Of a stretch of DNA of 64,000 nucleotides, positions 1 through 9,453 are shown piece after piece. Under the pieces are notes generated by a model that worked only from the letters and a program-made list of their open reading frames with translations, had not been told where the DNA came from and did no database searches. Position 1 is the first letter of the stretch; the number at the start of each line of letters is the position of its first letter. Location: positions 395,723 through 459,722 of the forward strand of contig CAZMLK010000001.1 of the NCBI GenBank assembly GCA_964567265.1. The letters run 5' to 3'. The position numbers and the translations under genes are program-made. The stretch is from an uncultured Candidatus Saccharibacteria bacterium (GTDB lineage: Bacteria; Patescibacteriota; Minisyncoccia; Phycocordibacterales; UBA12088).

Positions 1-538
1 CATCTTCAATATCGACCGCCTCAATTGGTACAATCGCGAATACTTGAAACGGCTTCCGGAAGATGAGCGGCGGCGGTCGGTACTTGAGACGCTCGCGGAC
101 ATGCCGGCACTCGCAGAAGTGTTCGGGCGGAGTCCCTCGCTGGTTTCAGACGCCCTCGGCCGGGTGAATACCATTCTTGAGATCCGGTCACTTGCCGAAA
201 GCGGTGAATTCTCTTACTGCACCGAAAAGCCAAGCATAGAGAAGGAGAAGCTGCCTTGGAAGGGAGCGGATGCAGGGGACACCCGCCTTCACCTCACGGA
301 GGTGTGCACACGCATTGAATCGATTCCCGAAGATTCATTCAGTGCGGAGGCGGTAAAGACCGCAGTCATGCCGTATGCTGAAATGCAATTAGAAGGGAAG
401 GGGAAGGGGCTTGTCCTCTGGCCCATGCGCTATGCCCTTTCCGGACGAGACCGCTCCCCTGATCCATTTACGTTGTCAGAGGCGCTTGGAAGAAATGAGA
501 CACTTGCACGTCTTCAATCAGCAGTGGAACAACTATAG
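1..538 (+). CDS. gltX: glutamyl-tRNA synthetase, C-terminal part (5' end outside window)
   Basis: Frame is open from the window start. It reads IFNIDRLNWYNREYLKRL, and the C-terminal tail KGKGLVLWPMRYALSGRDRSPDPF...ETLARL matches the conserved GluRS C-terminal (anticodon-binding) motif KGxxxMPLRVALTG...SPxL. Confidence 0.7.
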   Translation, partial: IFNIDRLNWYNREYLKRLPEDERRRSVLETLADMPALAEVFGRSPSLVSDALGRVNTILEIRSLAESGEFSYCTEKPSIEKEKLPWKGADAGDTRLHLTEVCTRIESIPEDSFSAEAVKTAVMPYAEMQLEGKGKGLVLWPMRYALSGRDRSPDPFTLSEALGRNETLARLQSAVEQL

Positions 539-544
539 GCATCC

Positions 545-1882
545 ATGGGTGATCTCCGAATATACATATCAATCTGGGTTCTTTCGATGGGCCTTTTCCT
601 GATTCCAGCCACAGGCAAAATCTTTGCAGAGACGGTCGACGAGCTCAAGACTCGCATTGACGACCGTGCGTCGAAGATTGCGGAGCTGGAGGCGGACATT
701 AAGAAATACCAGGAACAGCTGCAGGAAGTCGGCAAGCAGAAACAGACACTCCAACAGGCTGTACAGACCATCGACATTTCCAGGAAAAAAATCTCTACGG
801 ACATCAAGATCACCGAGAACCGCATCCAGACCACGGCGGATCAGATTGCCGAGCTTTCATACCAGATCGGAGACAAGGAGACCACCATCTCGAAAGATAT
901 TTCAGCAGTCAAGGAGGCGCTTCGGAGCGTCGAGCTCCAAGAATCGAACTCCAATCTCGAGACATTCCTCGCGCACGACTCACTTTCTGATTATTGGGAT
1001 TCGCTCGAATCTCTCGAAGCCTTCCAGGGCGCGCTCCGGAGCGATATCGTCAGGCTCGTGACCAAGAAAGAGGAACTCGAAGGCGCGAAGAAAAGCACGG
1101 AAGAAAAGAAGCAGACGCTGACGAGCCTCCAGAACCAGCTCGGCGGACAAAAGTCCCTGCTCGATAACAACCGCCGCGAGAAGGATGCGCTCCTGGCGCA
1201 GACAAAGAACCAGGAATCGAATTATCAAAAAACGCTTGCAGAAAAAAAGAAGGCCAAGGAGCAATTTGAAAAGGAGCTTGCAGACTACGAGTCCAAGCTG
1301 AAGTTTGCACTCGACCCCTCCTCCATTCCAAAGGTCGGAGCGGGCGTGCTGTCCTGGCCGTTTGAAACGACCTACATGCAAGGGTGTACTGCTTTCCAAG
1401 GCGCGCTCGGCAACGCAAATTGCGTCACGCAGATGTTCGGCAATACCGCATTTGCCAAGGCCGGTGCCTACAGCGGCAAGGGTCATAATGGCATCGACTT
1501 CCGCGCCCCGACCGGCACCAAGATCCTTGCCGTCCTCTCAGGAACGGTCATCGGGACAGGGAATACGGATGAGGTCCGCGGATGCTATTCCTACGGGAAA
1601 TGGGTCCTAGTCCGCCATGGGAACGGCTTGACCTCCCTGTATGCCCATTTGTCCTATATCGGCGTCTCAGAGGGCCAGGCGGTCTCTACAGGCGATTCCT
1701 TGGGCTTCAGTGGGGCTACCGGCTATGCCACGGGCCCGCACCTTCATTTCGGCCTCTATGCGAGCCCTGGGGTAAAAATCATCCGCCTCACGGAATTCAC
1801 CGGCAAATCGACCCCATGCGGCAACGTGAAGCTTCCGGTTGCAGGGCTTGAAGCGTACCTGAACCCGCTCCTGTATCTCTAA
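545..1882 (+). CDS. M23 family metallopeptidase with N-terminal signal/TM and long coiled-coil (EnvC-like murein endopeptidase)
   Basis: N-terminal hydrophobic segment, ~250 aa heptad-rich Q/E/K-rich region, C-terminal M23 motifs GHNGIDFRAPTGTKILAV ... HLHFGLY. Confidence 0.85.
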   Translation: MGDLRIYISIWVLSMGLFLIPATGKIFAETVDELKTRIDDRASKIAELEADIKKYQEQLQEVGKQKQTLQQAVQTIDISRKKISTDIKITENRIQTTADQIAELSYQIGDKETTISKDISAVKEALRSVELQESNSNLETFLAHDSLSDYWDSLESLEAFQGALRSDIVRLVTKKEELEGAKKSTEEKKQTLTSLQNQLGGQKSLLDNNRREKDALLAQTKNQESNYQKTLAEKKKAKEQFEKELADYESKLKFALDPSSIPKVGAGVLSWPFETTYMQGCTAFQGALGNANCVTQMFGNTAFAKAGAYSGKGHNGIDFRAPTGTKILAVLSGTVIGTGNTDEVRGCYSYGKWVLVRHGNGLTSLYAHLSYIGVSEGQAVSTGDSLGFSGATGYATGPHLHFGLYASPGVKIIRLTEFTGKSTPCGNVKLPVAGLEAYLNPLLYL

Positions 1883-2076
1883 AAATTTATACTGTTCGTT
1901 AAGAAATTCCCGAGGAATATCCCCGGGATTTTTTATTTTGCAGCAGGGAACATGAGGCGGATTTTTACGCTGACTTATCCACATACTGATTGCCGCCCAC
2001 GTAACCGGCTGCCGCATCGTTCTATACTTAGCCTGAGCCTGTCGGGCTCGCTTATAAGAAATTTCATATCGGTAAC

Positions 2077-2316
2077 ATGCACTCGAAGCTTCACATGGTG
2101 ACTTTTATTCTTCTCATCATCGGCGGACTCAACTGGCTGTTGTACGCGCTCGGCTACAATCTCGTCGGCATGGTATTCGGAGGATTCCTGAGTGGGATGC
2201 TTGAGGACCTTATCTACATACTCGTCGGCCTCTCAGCGATCTATGAAGCGGCGACGCACAAGAAAAATTGTCGCATGTGCGACCCAGGCGGAGATAAGCA
2301 GGCACCGGCAGCGTAA
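2077..2316 (+). CDS. small DUF378-like membrane protein
   Basis: 79 aa, two hydrophobic helices, GGLNWLLYALGYNLVGMVFGG motif typical of DUF378. Confidence 0.5.
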   Translation: MHSKLHMVTFILLIIGGLNWLLYALGYNLVGMVFGGFLSGMLEDLIYILVGLSAIYEAATHKKNCRMCDPGGDKQAPAA

Positions 2317-2362
2317 GATTCTCTAAGCTAAAATGAAGCAATGACCGGCAACTTGCCGGTCA

Positions 2363-2758
2363 TTGCTTTTTAGCTCAGAATACGTGTGGAAAATCATTCG
2401 AAGCGGCTTTCAACGAAATGGAACAGATGCTGTGTCGAAGAATCGCAAGAATAGCAAGCCTACACCCGCACAACCCGATCTCGTCAACGCCCTCTGCGAA
2501 GTCTTATCCAACCGACACGACAAGAAGCGCGGACGCACCGTGACACCTCTTCTGGTCTATCTCGATGCATATGGATGGTATCGCATCGAAGATGCTGAGA
2601 ATAGAAAAGACTTGCGTTGCCGGATCAAGCTCGAGGTCAAAGAATATTCACTGACGGGGAATATTCCAGAAATAGTTTCAGAATTCTGTGCGCGCCAACT
2701 CAGATATTATTCGGGGAAGGGCGCGATCTACACTTCGAATAACGGACGGAAGGCCTAG
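2363..2758 (+). CDS. hypothetical protein
   Basis: 131-aa ORF followed directly by a hairpin plus T-run that overlaps its stop codon; no recognisable motif. Confidence 0.4.
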   Translation: MLFSSEYVWKIIRSGFQRNGTDAVSKNRKNSKPTPAQPDLVNALCEVLSNRHDKKRGRTVTPLLVYLDAYGWYRIEDAENRKDLRCRIKLEVKEYSLTGNIPEIVSEFCARQLRYYSGKGAIYTSNNGRKA

Positions 2759-2789
2759 CTGCAGCGCATGCAGACTAGGCCTTTATTTC
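2751..2789 (+). terminator. rho-independent terminator (nested hairpin aggcctag/ctaggcct + TTTATTT)
   Basis: Inverted repeat overlapping stop codon of 2363..2758 followed by T-run. Confidence 0.5.
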
Positions 2790-2959
2790 ACGCCCAATGG
2801 GTCGCAAAAGATATATTGTGCGACGCTTATGATTCTTCTTCCCTCGGGAGAAATACAGCCAAGAATTTCGTATTTCGACTTTTTGCATGCCCTGCTCTAC
2901 TTGAATGATTTGTCTGATTTTTTTGCGCGCATTATCATTGCGAAGATTCTTTTGCAGTT

Positions 2960-3002
2960 TTTTATTTTTTTAGAAATAAAAACTTCCCCTTTTTTGGGAA
3001 GT
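2960..3002 (-). terminator. terminator for the EVE-domain gene
   Basis: Hairpin acttccc/gggaagt followed on the minus strand by a T-rich run (plus-strand A-rich 2971-2981), inside an AT-rich intergenic spacer. Confidence 0.45.
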
Positions 3003-3078
3003 CCTTTTGGAATTCAGCGGGGAATACCCCTGGCATATTTTCATCACTTCCCCTTCCCTGTTATTCAAAATCGGGAAG

Positions 3079-3534
3079 TTAGGACTCCATCGAGATTATT
3101 TTTTTGAAGTGCTTTTCTGATACGGGCTGTACCGACAGCCGTGATCCCTGCGCGGTAACCGGCATCGTATTGAAGAACGGATCTGCCTTCAGCCGTACGA
3201 GCGCGATCGGCTGCTTGAATTTCCGTACGAATGCGATATCGACATTTTCCCAGATTGGCTTTTGGACTGACGCCTTCGCGTCATAGTGGCTGTCACTCCG
3301 ATCAAACTGCGTTGCGTCTAAATATGCAGTCCGTGCGACCTTGGCAACACCGACGATCGAGGGCTCGCCAGTGCTGGAATGGTAGAACAATACGCCGTCG
3401 TCTTTCTGCATCGCACGCATGAAATTCCTGGCTTGATAATTTCGAACGCCGCTCCATGCGGTTTTTTTATCGCGCCTGAGATCATCGATCGAGTAGCTGC
3501 CGGGTTCAGTCTTTACGAGCCAGTAGGTTGCCAT
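3079..3534 (-). CDS. EVE (PUA-like) domain protein
   Basis: MATYWLVKTEPGSYSIDDL ... VGVAKV ... IAFVRKF is characteristic of the EVE/thymocyte-nuclear-protein fold. Start placed at the internal Met (MATYW) rather than the ORF-track start. Confidence 0.7.
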   Translation of the reverse strand: MATYWLVKTEPGSYSIDDLRRDKKTAWSGVRNYQARNFMRAMQKDDGVLFYHSSTGEPSIVGVAKVARTAYLDATQFDRSDSHYDAKASVQKPIWENVDIAFVRKFKQPIALVRLKADPFFNTMPVTAQGSRLSVQPVSEKHFKKIISMES

Positions 3535-3617
3535 AGAGAGAGGTGTTTGGTCAGTATATCGAATCCGCAAATAACAAACCACCCGCCGAATACTCGGCGG
3601 GTGGTTTGTTATGCGTC

Positions 3618-4016
3618 TTATTTCAGCGAAATCTGTACGGACGCTTCTACGGGCTGGCTTTTCTTCCAGCACTTCGCGGATGCATTCCAGGGCTTGGTAC
3701 CCTCGCGCTCATAGAGATAGCGAGCGTAGACCATGTTCCCTTCGAGGGTGTGGAGGTCGAGACCAAGCTTCTTTGCGGTCTCCAGATGGTAGCGCTCATT
3801 GATCTGCATGACGCCGACATCGGCCGGCACCACTTCGCCCCGGAAGACCTGCCCATCGAGGGTGGTCTGGCGGAAATGCGATTCACAGCGCGCGATTTCT
3901 TTCATGACCGGAATGTCTGCAAAGTACAGGGAGACTTTCTCCTCGACCGTATACGAATCAGAATTGAGGGTCGAACTCATGCCTTCAGTTGCGGTGAGCG
4001 CAACCGGGCGGGCCAT
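3618..4016 (-). CDS. small lytic-transglycosylase/lysozyme-like protein (SLT-type E-S...GVMQI motif); true start probably upstream of first ATG
   Basis: CESHFRQ ... VGVMQINE resembles the SLT catalytic motif. The in-frame upstream codons encode KRLIILAFIAIAFASS, a signal-peptide h-region, but contain no ATG/GTG/TTG. Confidence 0.5.
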   Translation of the reverse strand: MARPVALTATEGMSSTLNSDSYTVEEKVSLYFADIPVMKEIARCESHFRQTTLDGQVFRGEVVPADVGVMQINERYHLETAKKLGLDLHTLEGNMVYARYLYEREGTKPWNASAKCWKKSQPVEASVQISLK

Positions 4017-4328
4017 AGAGGACGCGAATGCGATTGCAATGAATGCAAGAATGATAAGCCTTTTCCTATGTTGGTAGCAATAAAAAATCCCGGGCCGACA
4101 CCCGAGATATCCATAAGGCTACGCGCGCTGCCAAGAGGGGTCAATACAAGGCTATTGACAGCATTCGATTTTGGGTGAATATGGCTTATATTAAGGATAT
4201 TCTGACTTTTTTCTGTGCAATGATTTTTGAGAAAGTCTGAAAAGATTATGAGCATTGCGTCAGAAAATACTATTCGCCTGCCCTTTTCCCGATTATGGCG
4301 CTATAAATCGAAAATATGCTTATAGAGA

Positions 4329-4362
4329 GCCAAAAAATACCCTAGTGAGGGTATTTTTTGGC
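4329..4362. terminator. bidirectional terminator (perfect palindrome gccaaaaaataccct-agtg-agggtattttttggc)
   Basis: 15-bp perfect stem with an A-run and T-run inside the arms, 30 nt downstream of the LOG gene stop. Confidence 0.7.
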
Positions 4363-4392
4363 TGGCACGGCCCGGCAAGCTTTTTATCGATT

Positions 4393-5130
4393 TCAGTTAC
4401 AGAGACGCTGTACTGCCAGCTCGTAAGCTTCTTCGACCGTATCAACGACAGTGAAGAGCTCGAGGTCGGCCGCGTCAATCGTATGACGCTTTTCGGCCAG
4501 CTCGATCCGCATCCAATCAACGAGCGGTGTCCAAAAGTCCTTGCCGATCAGATACATCGGGACAGACTTGGTCTTCTTGGTCTGGACCAGCGTCAGGAGC
4601 TCGAAAAATTCATCGAGGGTGCCGATACCCCCTGGCATGTAGAAATACGCCTCTGACGCGAACATGAGCATCAGCTTCCGAACAAAGAAGTAGTGGAAAT
4701 GGGATGAATCCGTGACATAGGGATTCAGGATCTGCTCATGCGGGAGCTCGATATTGAGCCCGACCGAATTGCCGCCGGCTTCCTTGGCACCGCGCGCGGC
4801 GCCCTCCATGATTCCTCTCCCGCCGCCAGAAATGACGGTGAAGCCTGCGCCGACCAAGAGCGCTGCCAGCTTCCGCGCCGCTGCATAGTCTGGATGATCC
4901 TCCGGGATCCGTGCTGAGCCGAATATCGTCGCCGCGAGGCTGTATTTCTTCAAGACCTCGAAACCTTCCACGAATTCTGACATCATCTTGAGGATGCGCC
5001 AGGAGTTGATATCAGCTTTCTCGCCGCGAAGAAGATCCGTGTCGACGCGACAGAGATGCGCATCATCGATGCTGGGCTTTGGTTCCGATGGAATGGTCGG
5101 TGTGGATTCTGTGTCGGATGCTGGGTTCAT
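4393..5130 (-). CDS. LOG family protein (TIGR00730; cytokinin riboside 5'-monophosphate phosphoribohydrolase-like)
   Basis: GSARIPEDHPDY ... ISGGGRGIMEGAARGA ... PGGIGTLDEFFE motifs. Confidence 0.85.
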   Translation of the reverse strand: MNPASDTESTPTIPSEPKPSIDDAHLCRVDTDLLRGEKADINSWRILKMMSEFVEGFEVLKKYSLAATIFGSARIPEDHPDYAAARKLAALLVGAGFTVISGGGRGIMEGAARGAKEAGGNSVGLNIELPHEQILNPYVTDSSHFHYFFVRKLMLMFASEAYFYMPGGIGTLDEFFELLTLVQTKKTKSVPMYLIGKDFWTPLVDWMRIELAEKRHTIDAADLELFTVVDTVEEAYELAVQRLCN

Positions 5131-5163
5131 ATGAATTTCAGTTATGGAGACAGTATAACATTC

Positions 5164-6462
5164 CTACAGCGACTTCTCCGGCACCCGGCCGCGGTCCCGC
5201 AGAGCCTCGGCAAGCCGCTCGACTCCGCGGAGAAATGCAGCATCACGGAGCGGGATGTTCCGGTTGGTATGGAGCTGCCATACGCCTTCAAAGGCGTCTT
5301 TCATGATCGGTTCCAATTTCGCCGCGATGTCTGCGCGCGACCAATAAAAGTGGGATCTATTCTGCACCCATTCGAAGTAGGATACGGTCACGCCGCCCGC
5401 ATTCGCAAGGATATCCGGTATGACGATGCATCCATTCTTCTCGAGGATCGCATCAGCTTCCGGCGTGGTAGGCCCATTTGCAAGCTCGAGAATGATTCCC
5501 GCCCGGACCTTCCCCGCATTCCCCGCATGGATCTGACCATCCAGGGCCGCAGGGATGAGGACGTCGCACGCAGCCTCGAGAAGCTCATCATTTGAAATAA
5601 AACGGACGTCCGTTCCCTTCAGGTCGCCGAAGCCATTTTTTGAAAGCTTCTCGAATGAGCCTGCTTTCTCTTTTTCCCCCGCGATCGCGATGGGATCGAA
5701 GCCCTTCTCGCACCAGAGTGCTCCGCTGCTGTCCGAAAGCCCGACGATGCGCGCGCCCTTCTCGTGCAGCAAGCGTGCCGCGTGGAATCCTGCGTTTCCA
5801 AAACCTTGGACTGCGACACAGAGCCCTTCGAAGGAGCGCTCCACTGACTCCAGGAGCGCTTCAAGTACATAGACACCTCCCTGTGCCGTGGCAGTATCCC
5901 TGCCACGGCTTCCGCCCACAGAAAGCGGCTTGCCGGTAATCATTCCTGGCTCGCTTTTTCCGACTACTTTTTCATATTCATCGAGCATGACCGCCATGAT
6001 GTGCGCGTTTGTGTAGACATCGGGCGCGGGAATATCGGTATCGACTCCGATATAGGGCGCAAATGCCCGAGCAAATGCCCGAGCGACGTTATTGATCTCG
6101 TCCGGAGTTGCTGATTTGGGATCGAACGCCACACCCCCTTTCGCGCCGCCAAGTGGAATTCCTACGACTGCGCATTTCATCGCCATCGCGGCAGCAAGCG
6201 CGGACACCTCATCCAGATCCGCTGCGGGATGGAACCGGATGCCACCCTTATAGGGACCGCGCGCGTTATTGAATTGTACGCGATATGCCTGGAGCTCCCG
6301 CGGCTCGCCGCCAATGATCACTGAAAGCGTTGCCGTCCGAACTGCATCGGGCTTCGAAAGAATATCTGCATATGCATTTCCCAAGCCAAGCGCTGCAAGC
6401 GCTTGCTCGAGACGGGTCAGATATTGCTCGAAAGCATTCTTGGAAACGGGAATTTCATCCAT
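5164..6462 (-). CDS. gdhA: NAD(P)-specific glutamate dehydrogenase
   Basis: GGAKGGVAFDPK active-site lysine motif and GFGNAG Rossmann motif; ~430 aa. Confidence 0.9.
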   Translation of the reverse strand: MDEIPVSKNAFEQYLTRLEQALAALGLGNAYADILSKPDAVRTATLSVIIGGEPRELQAYRVQFNNARGPYKGGIRFHPAADLDEVSALAAAMAMKCAVVGIPLGGAKGGVAFDPKSATPDEINNVARAFARAFAPYIGVDTDIPAPDVYTNAHIMAVMLDEYEKVVGKSEPGMITGKPLSVGGSRGRDTATAQGGVYVLEALLESVERSFEGLCVAVQGFGNAGFHAARLLHEKGARIVGLSDSSGALWCEKGFDPIAIAGEKEKAGSFEKLSKNGFGDLKGTDVRFISNDELLEAACDVLIPAALDGQIHAGNAGKVRAGIILELANGPTTPEADAILEKNGCIVIPDILANAGGVTVSYFEWVQNRSHFYWSRADIAAKLEPIMKDAFEGVWQLHTNRNIPLRDAAFLRGVERLAEALRDRGRVPEKSL

Positions 6463-6497
6463 GGGAATATATTGAAGAAAATGCGTATAAGCGAAGT

Positions 6498-8090
6498 TTA
6501 CGAAACGCGCGCCTCATCCTCCTTCTCTTTCAGGAAATTAAAAAATGCGTCGATGGTCCCGAGCACTTTCTTGAACGGCGTTTCCACCAGTGTATCAAGA
6601 ATCAGGACGAAAAGATTCAGGCGCGAGAACCTGAGAGAAAGCGCTCTGCCGATGCGGACCAGCGGAAGCACGAAAAGCGCCCGGAGCGCCCCTCCCCTCC
6701 CCTCTGTGCCGGAGAATACGTACCAGCGCGTGGCAATGACATTCAGTCGGAATCCGAAGTATGCGACCAGCGTGAGGAATGAGAGGAAGAGGAGGATGCC
6801 GACGATATCGAACTGAAGGAGCCTGAGCCCAGAGATAATGAGCCCGATACTGAAGAGGAAGAGCGCCAGGTACAACGCGCCGATGAAGAGAGGGGTGCTG
6901 CCTTCCGTCGATTTGAGTCGAAGCGGCACAGGCTCCTCATCAAAAAGCGCGGCCGCGACGCCGCGGACGATTTCCTTCGTATTCCGGGCGCCTGGCTGCT
7001 TGAACGTTTGCGTGATTCCAAGGAGCAGAAGGGGGTGGAAAAGCGCGTTCGTCGCGAGCGGCAGGTACTGCGGTTTCCCGTACACGAGCTGCTCGAACGG
7101 GAATTCGATGACGCCCGTCAGGATGATCTTCGTACAGAGGAGATAGACAACCGCGCGTGCGCCACCCTGTTTCGCGCGTGCGTATTCGAGGGCATAGTGC
7201 TGCTTCGCAAGCGTTTCGACCTCGGCCGCAAGCAGCGCCTGATCGCGGAACACGCGCTCGACATCGAGCCCATACCGCCTGAGGAGATCGATGATGATGG
7301 AATAAAAAATGCAGTCGTTGTGCAGCCGACCAGCGATACGCCCGTGGAGCGCGTCCGCAAGCATCGTATCAATGCTGTCGAGGAGGCGGATCAGCGCCTG
7401 CCCTTTCGGCACGTCGAGGTCTTCACTCCGTTCGAAGCCTGTCGCGAATTTCGTGAAGAGCGCATAGCGGAGCGCCATGGCGTCCTCACGCAGGAGCGAT
7501 TCCCGTACCCCGATATAGAGCTGGATATCGAATGGGATCTCCTTCCCGGCAGGCTCCTCGTCTATGAGCATGCTTCCCTGGCGTTCATGATAGAGCGATT
7601 CTGCGGCGGCCTCCCCTTCAGGAAACGGGGTGAAGAAGCGGTCGAGCTCGCAGGCTGCGAGATCAAGCATCGCGTCTTCTGCGCGTTTCCACACACGCGC
7701 GGCCTTTGGCGCGTAGAACAGGAGCGCGAGGTATTTCGAAAGGACGCTGGAGACGTAGCCTGCGGCGCTTTCGGGAACGGTGCGATTCGGGAGATAGCCG
7801 CCGCTGATGAGTTCGCGGACAAGATGCTTCCCCGCTTTTTGGAGATCCATATCCGCATCGAAATGGCGCTTGAGGATGCGGCGGAGCGCATGGCGGCGGA
7901 TCAGGTGATCATCCTTGTAATCGAGCGCGTAGCGCAGGCGCTCATACATGACGCCTGTGCGCTCCGTAACGGAATGGACCTCAATGGTCGCTTCCCTCCC
8001 CCATTCTTCGCTACCTCGAAGAGCCGCGACACTGGCAAGCTGTCGTTCGTATTCGAATAGGAGATAGGAAAAAGGTGCGGATCGCTCCAT
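6498..8090 (-). CDS. hypothetical protein, ~400-aa soluble N-terminal region plus 3 C-terminal TM helices
   Basis: Long ORF with a C-terminal hydrophobic block (LFIGALYLALFLFSIGLIISGL ... ILLFLSFLTLVAYFGF). No catalytic motif recognised. Confidence 0.5.
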   Translation of the reverse strand: MERSAPFSYLLFEYERQLASVAALRGSEEWGREATIEVHSVTERTGVMYERLRYALDYKDDHLIRRHALRRILKRHFDADMDLQKAGKHLVRELISGGYLPNRTVPESAAGYVSSVLSKYLALLFYAPKAARVWKRAEDAMLDLAACELDRFFTPFPEGEAAAESLYHERQGSMLIDEEPAGKEIPFDIQLYIGVRESLLREDAMALRYALFTKFATGFERSEDLDVPKGQALIRLLDSIDTMLADALHGRIAGRLHNDCIFYSIIIDLLRRYGLDVERVFRDQALLAAEVETLAKQHYALEYARAKQGGARAVVYLLCTKIILTGVIEFPFEQLVYGKPQYLPLATNALFHPLLLLGITQTFKQPGARNTKEIVRGVAAALFDEEPVPLRLKSTEGSTPLFIGALYLALFLFSIGLIISGLRLLQFDIVGILLFLSFLTLVAYFGFRLNVIATRWYVFSGTEGRGGALRALFVLPLVRIGRALSLRFSRLNLFVLILDTLVETPFKKVLGTIDAFFNFLKEKEDEARVS

Positions 8091-8093
8091 AGA

Positions 8094-8681
8094 TTACAGC
8101 CAGGGAATGTCGAATTGATCGAATTCCGGCAGGAGCTTCCGGTCATAGAGGAGGCGAGAGATCACTTCTGCATGTGAGAGCGCGCCTGTGAGCGCATTGT
8201 GCGGTTCCGGCTCGCTGGGGACACCGACGTAATTGAGAATCGCATCGAGATCGAGCGCTGAACGATTGTGCGCAAGGGGTGGCGTCTGTCCGCGTTTCAC
8301 CATGTGCATGTAGGCGAGGGTGTGGGTGTCGAGCGTGCGGTACGCGAGCGTCCAGTTCTCATGGACGCGAAGCGCTGCTGCTTTTAGGAAATCGCGATCG
8401 AAGGAGACGTTCTGGCCCGCGAGCGTGTGATCCTCGATCGGCTCCTTCCACGCGAGGAATTCACGGATCAAATCCCCTTCCGTCTCCTTGGTCGGGTCGG
8501 TGATCTCATCTTCCGAGAAGCCGTTGACGCGCATCGCATCCTCCATGACATGGGCACCCTCCCAGATGCGGCATTCGCGGTAAAAGCGATTCTCGGGATG
8601 GTGAAAATCAAGCGCACCCACGGAGACGATGGAATGCTTGTCGTAATTGGTGCCTGAGGCTTCGACGTCGACGACTATCAT
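8094..8681 (-). CDS. DEDDh 3'-5' exonuclease (DnaQ/RNase T-like)
   Basis: Exo motifs VVDVEASG (I), HTLAGQNVSFDRDFL (II), HNALTGA (III). Confidence 0.8.
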   Translation of the reverse strand: MIVVDVEASGTNYDKHSIVSVGALDFHHPENRFYRECRIWEGAHVMEDAMRVNGFSEDEITDPTKETEGDLIREFLAWKEPIEDHTLAGQNVSFDRDFLKAAALRVHENWTLAYRTLDTHTLAYMHMVKRGQTPPLAHNRSALDLDAILNYVGVPSEPEPHNALTGALSHAEVISRLLYDRKLLPEFDQFDIPWL

Positions 8682-8699
8682 TGCCCTAGTATACGTGGA

Positions 8700-8981
8700 T
8701 TATTTGGATTCGTCCTTCCCTTCTTTTTCATCCCCTGGAAAGAGGCCGTCGGCTCCGAGCCGTTCCTCGATCTTGTCGAGGAAGGTGTCCAGGTGGCGAT
8801 GCTTCCCGCGGTAGGTGCGCATCCAGGTACGGAACTTCGGTGAGAATTTGGCGAGAAGGTACACGCCGATGATGAGGAAGAAAATACCTTGGAGGAAGGG
8901 CAAGAACAGCCCCACGACCCCGAGCGCTACGAAGAACCAGCCTGCTGCGAGCGCCAAAAGTCGTATCAGAAGCGGTGCCAT
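8700..8981 (-). CDS. YbaN/DUF454 family inner-membrane protein
   Basis: 93 aa, two TM helices, LFLPFLQGIFFLIIGVYLLAKFSPKFRTWM signature. Confidence 0.65.
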   Translation of the reverse strand: MAPLLIRLLALAAGWFFVALGVVGLFLPFLQGIFFLIIGVYLLAKFSPKFRTWMRTYRGKHRHLDTFLDKIEERLGADGLFPGDEKEGKDESK

Positions 8982-8989
8982 TGCCGCTA

Positions 8990-9373
8990 TTATAACCCGG
9001 GACAGTTTGCAGCCTTGTGATACCCTGCGCTTTCAGCGGCAGCACTTGAGCTGAACCAGATCTTATTCTCATCCTTGATTCGTTTCGCACCGCTGCAACT
9101 CTCAAGATAGTAGGCACTCCCGTTCTTAGAGGCGACGTACCTCCCTCCTCCGGTTCGGAGAGTAGTTGCGCCCTGCGGGAGGGAATCTTTCTTCTCAGCT
9201 ATTGCTGCTTCCGGAAGGCTCCGGACTACGGCCGCTTCCTGGCTTTTTTGGTAGATTTTGACTGGTTCTTTCGGAGGCTTCATGGAGAGTCGCCCGAGCC
9301 CAAAGGAGGCTAATCCCACCAATACGACTATCAGGGCTATGAAAAAATCCCCTGAGAGGGCCGATTTGGCCAT
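8990..9373 (-). CDS. membrane-anchored protein with Cys-containing C-terminal domain (YYLESCSG...GYHKAANCPG)
   Basis: Start placed at internal Met (MAKSAL), which has an AAAGG Shine-Dalgarno motif ~8 nt upstream. N-terminal signal anchor; conserved-looking C-terminal Cys/Tyr/His pattern. Confidence 0.45.
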   Translation of the reverse strand: MAKSALSGDFFIALIVVLVGLASFGLGRLSMKPPKEPVKIYQKSQEAAVVRSLPEAAIAEKKDSLPQGATTLRTGGGRYVASKNGSAYYLESCSGAKRIKDENKIWFSSSAAAESAGYHKAANCPGL

Positions 9374-9453
9374 ATTCTTGCCTTTCTGGACCATTTCTTG
9401 TATAGTCATGGGACAAAAGTATTTGACCAATAGTATAGCTTTAAACAAGACTT

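Noticed and set aside
4152-4362. TTGACA-containing promoter-like sequence plus a 25-codon ORF (MSIASENTIRLPFSRLWRYKSKICL) ending at the LOG terminator
   Set aside because: The -10 element is poor, the Shine-Dalgarno motif is weak, and the palindromic terminator is adequately explained as the LOG gene terminator. Kept only as a note.
7008-8060. Long plus-strand ORFs overlapping and antisense to real genes (for example 7008..8060, 13510..14109, 19693..20973, 21701..22696, 35023..36561, 43945..44919, 50091..51092, 55658..56629, 58408..59382)
   Set aside because: GC-rich genomes give long stop-free antisense frames. The opposite-strand genes have clear family motifs, and the antisense translations are Arg/Ala/Pro-rich low-complexity with no motifs.
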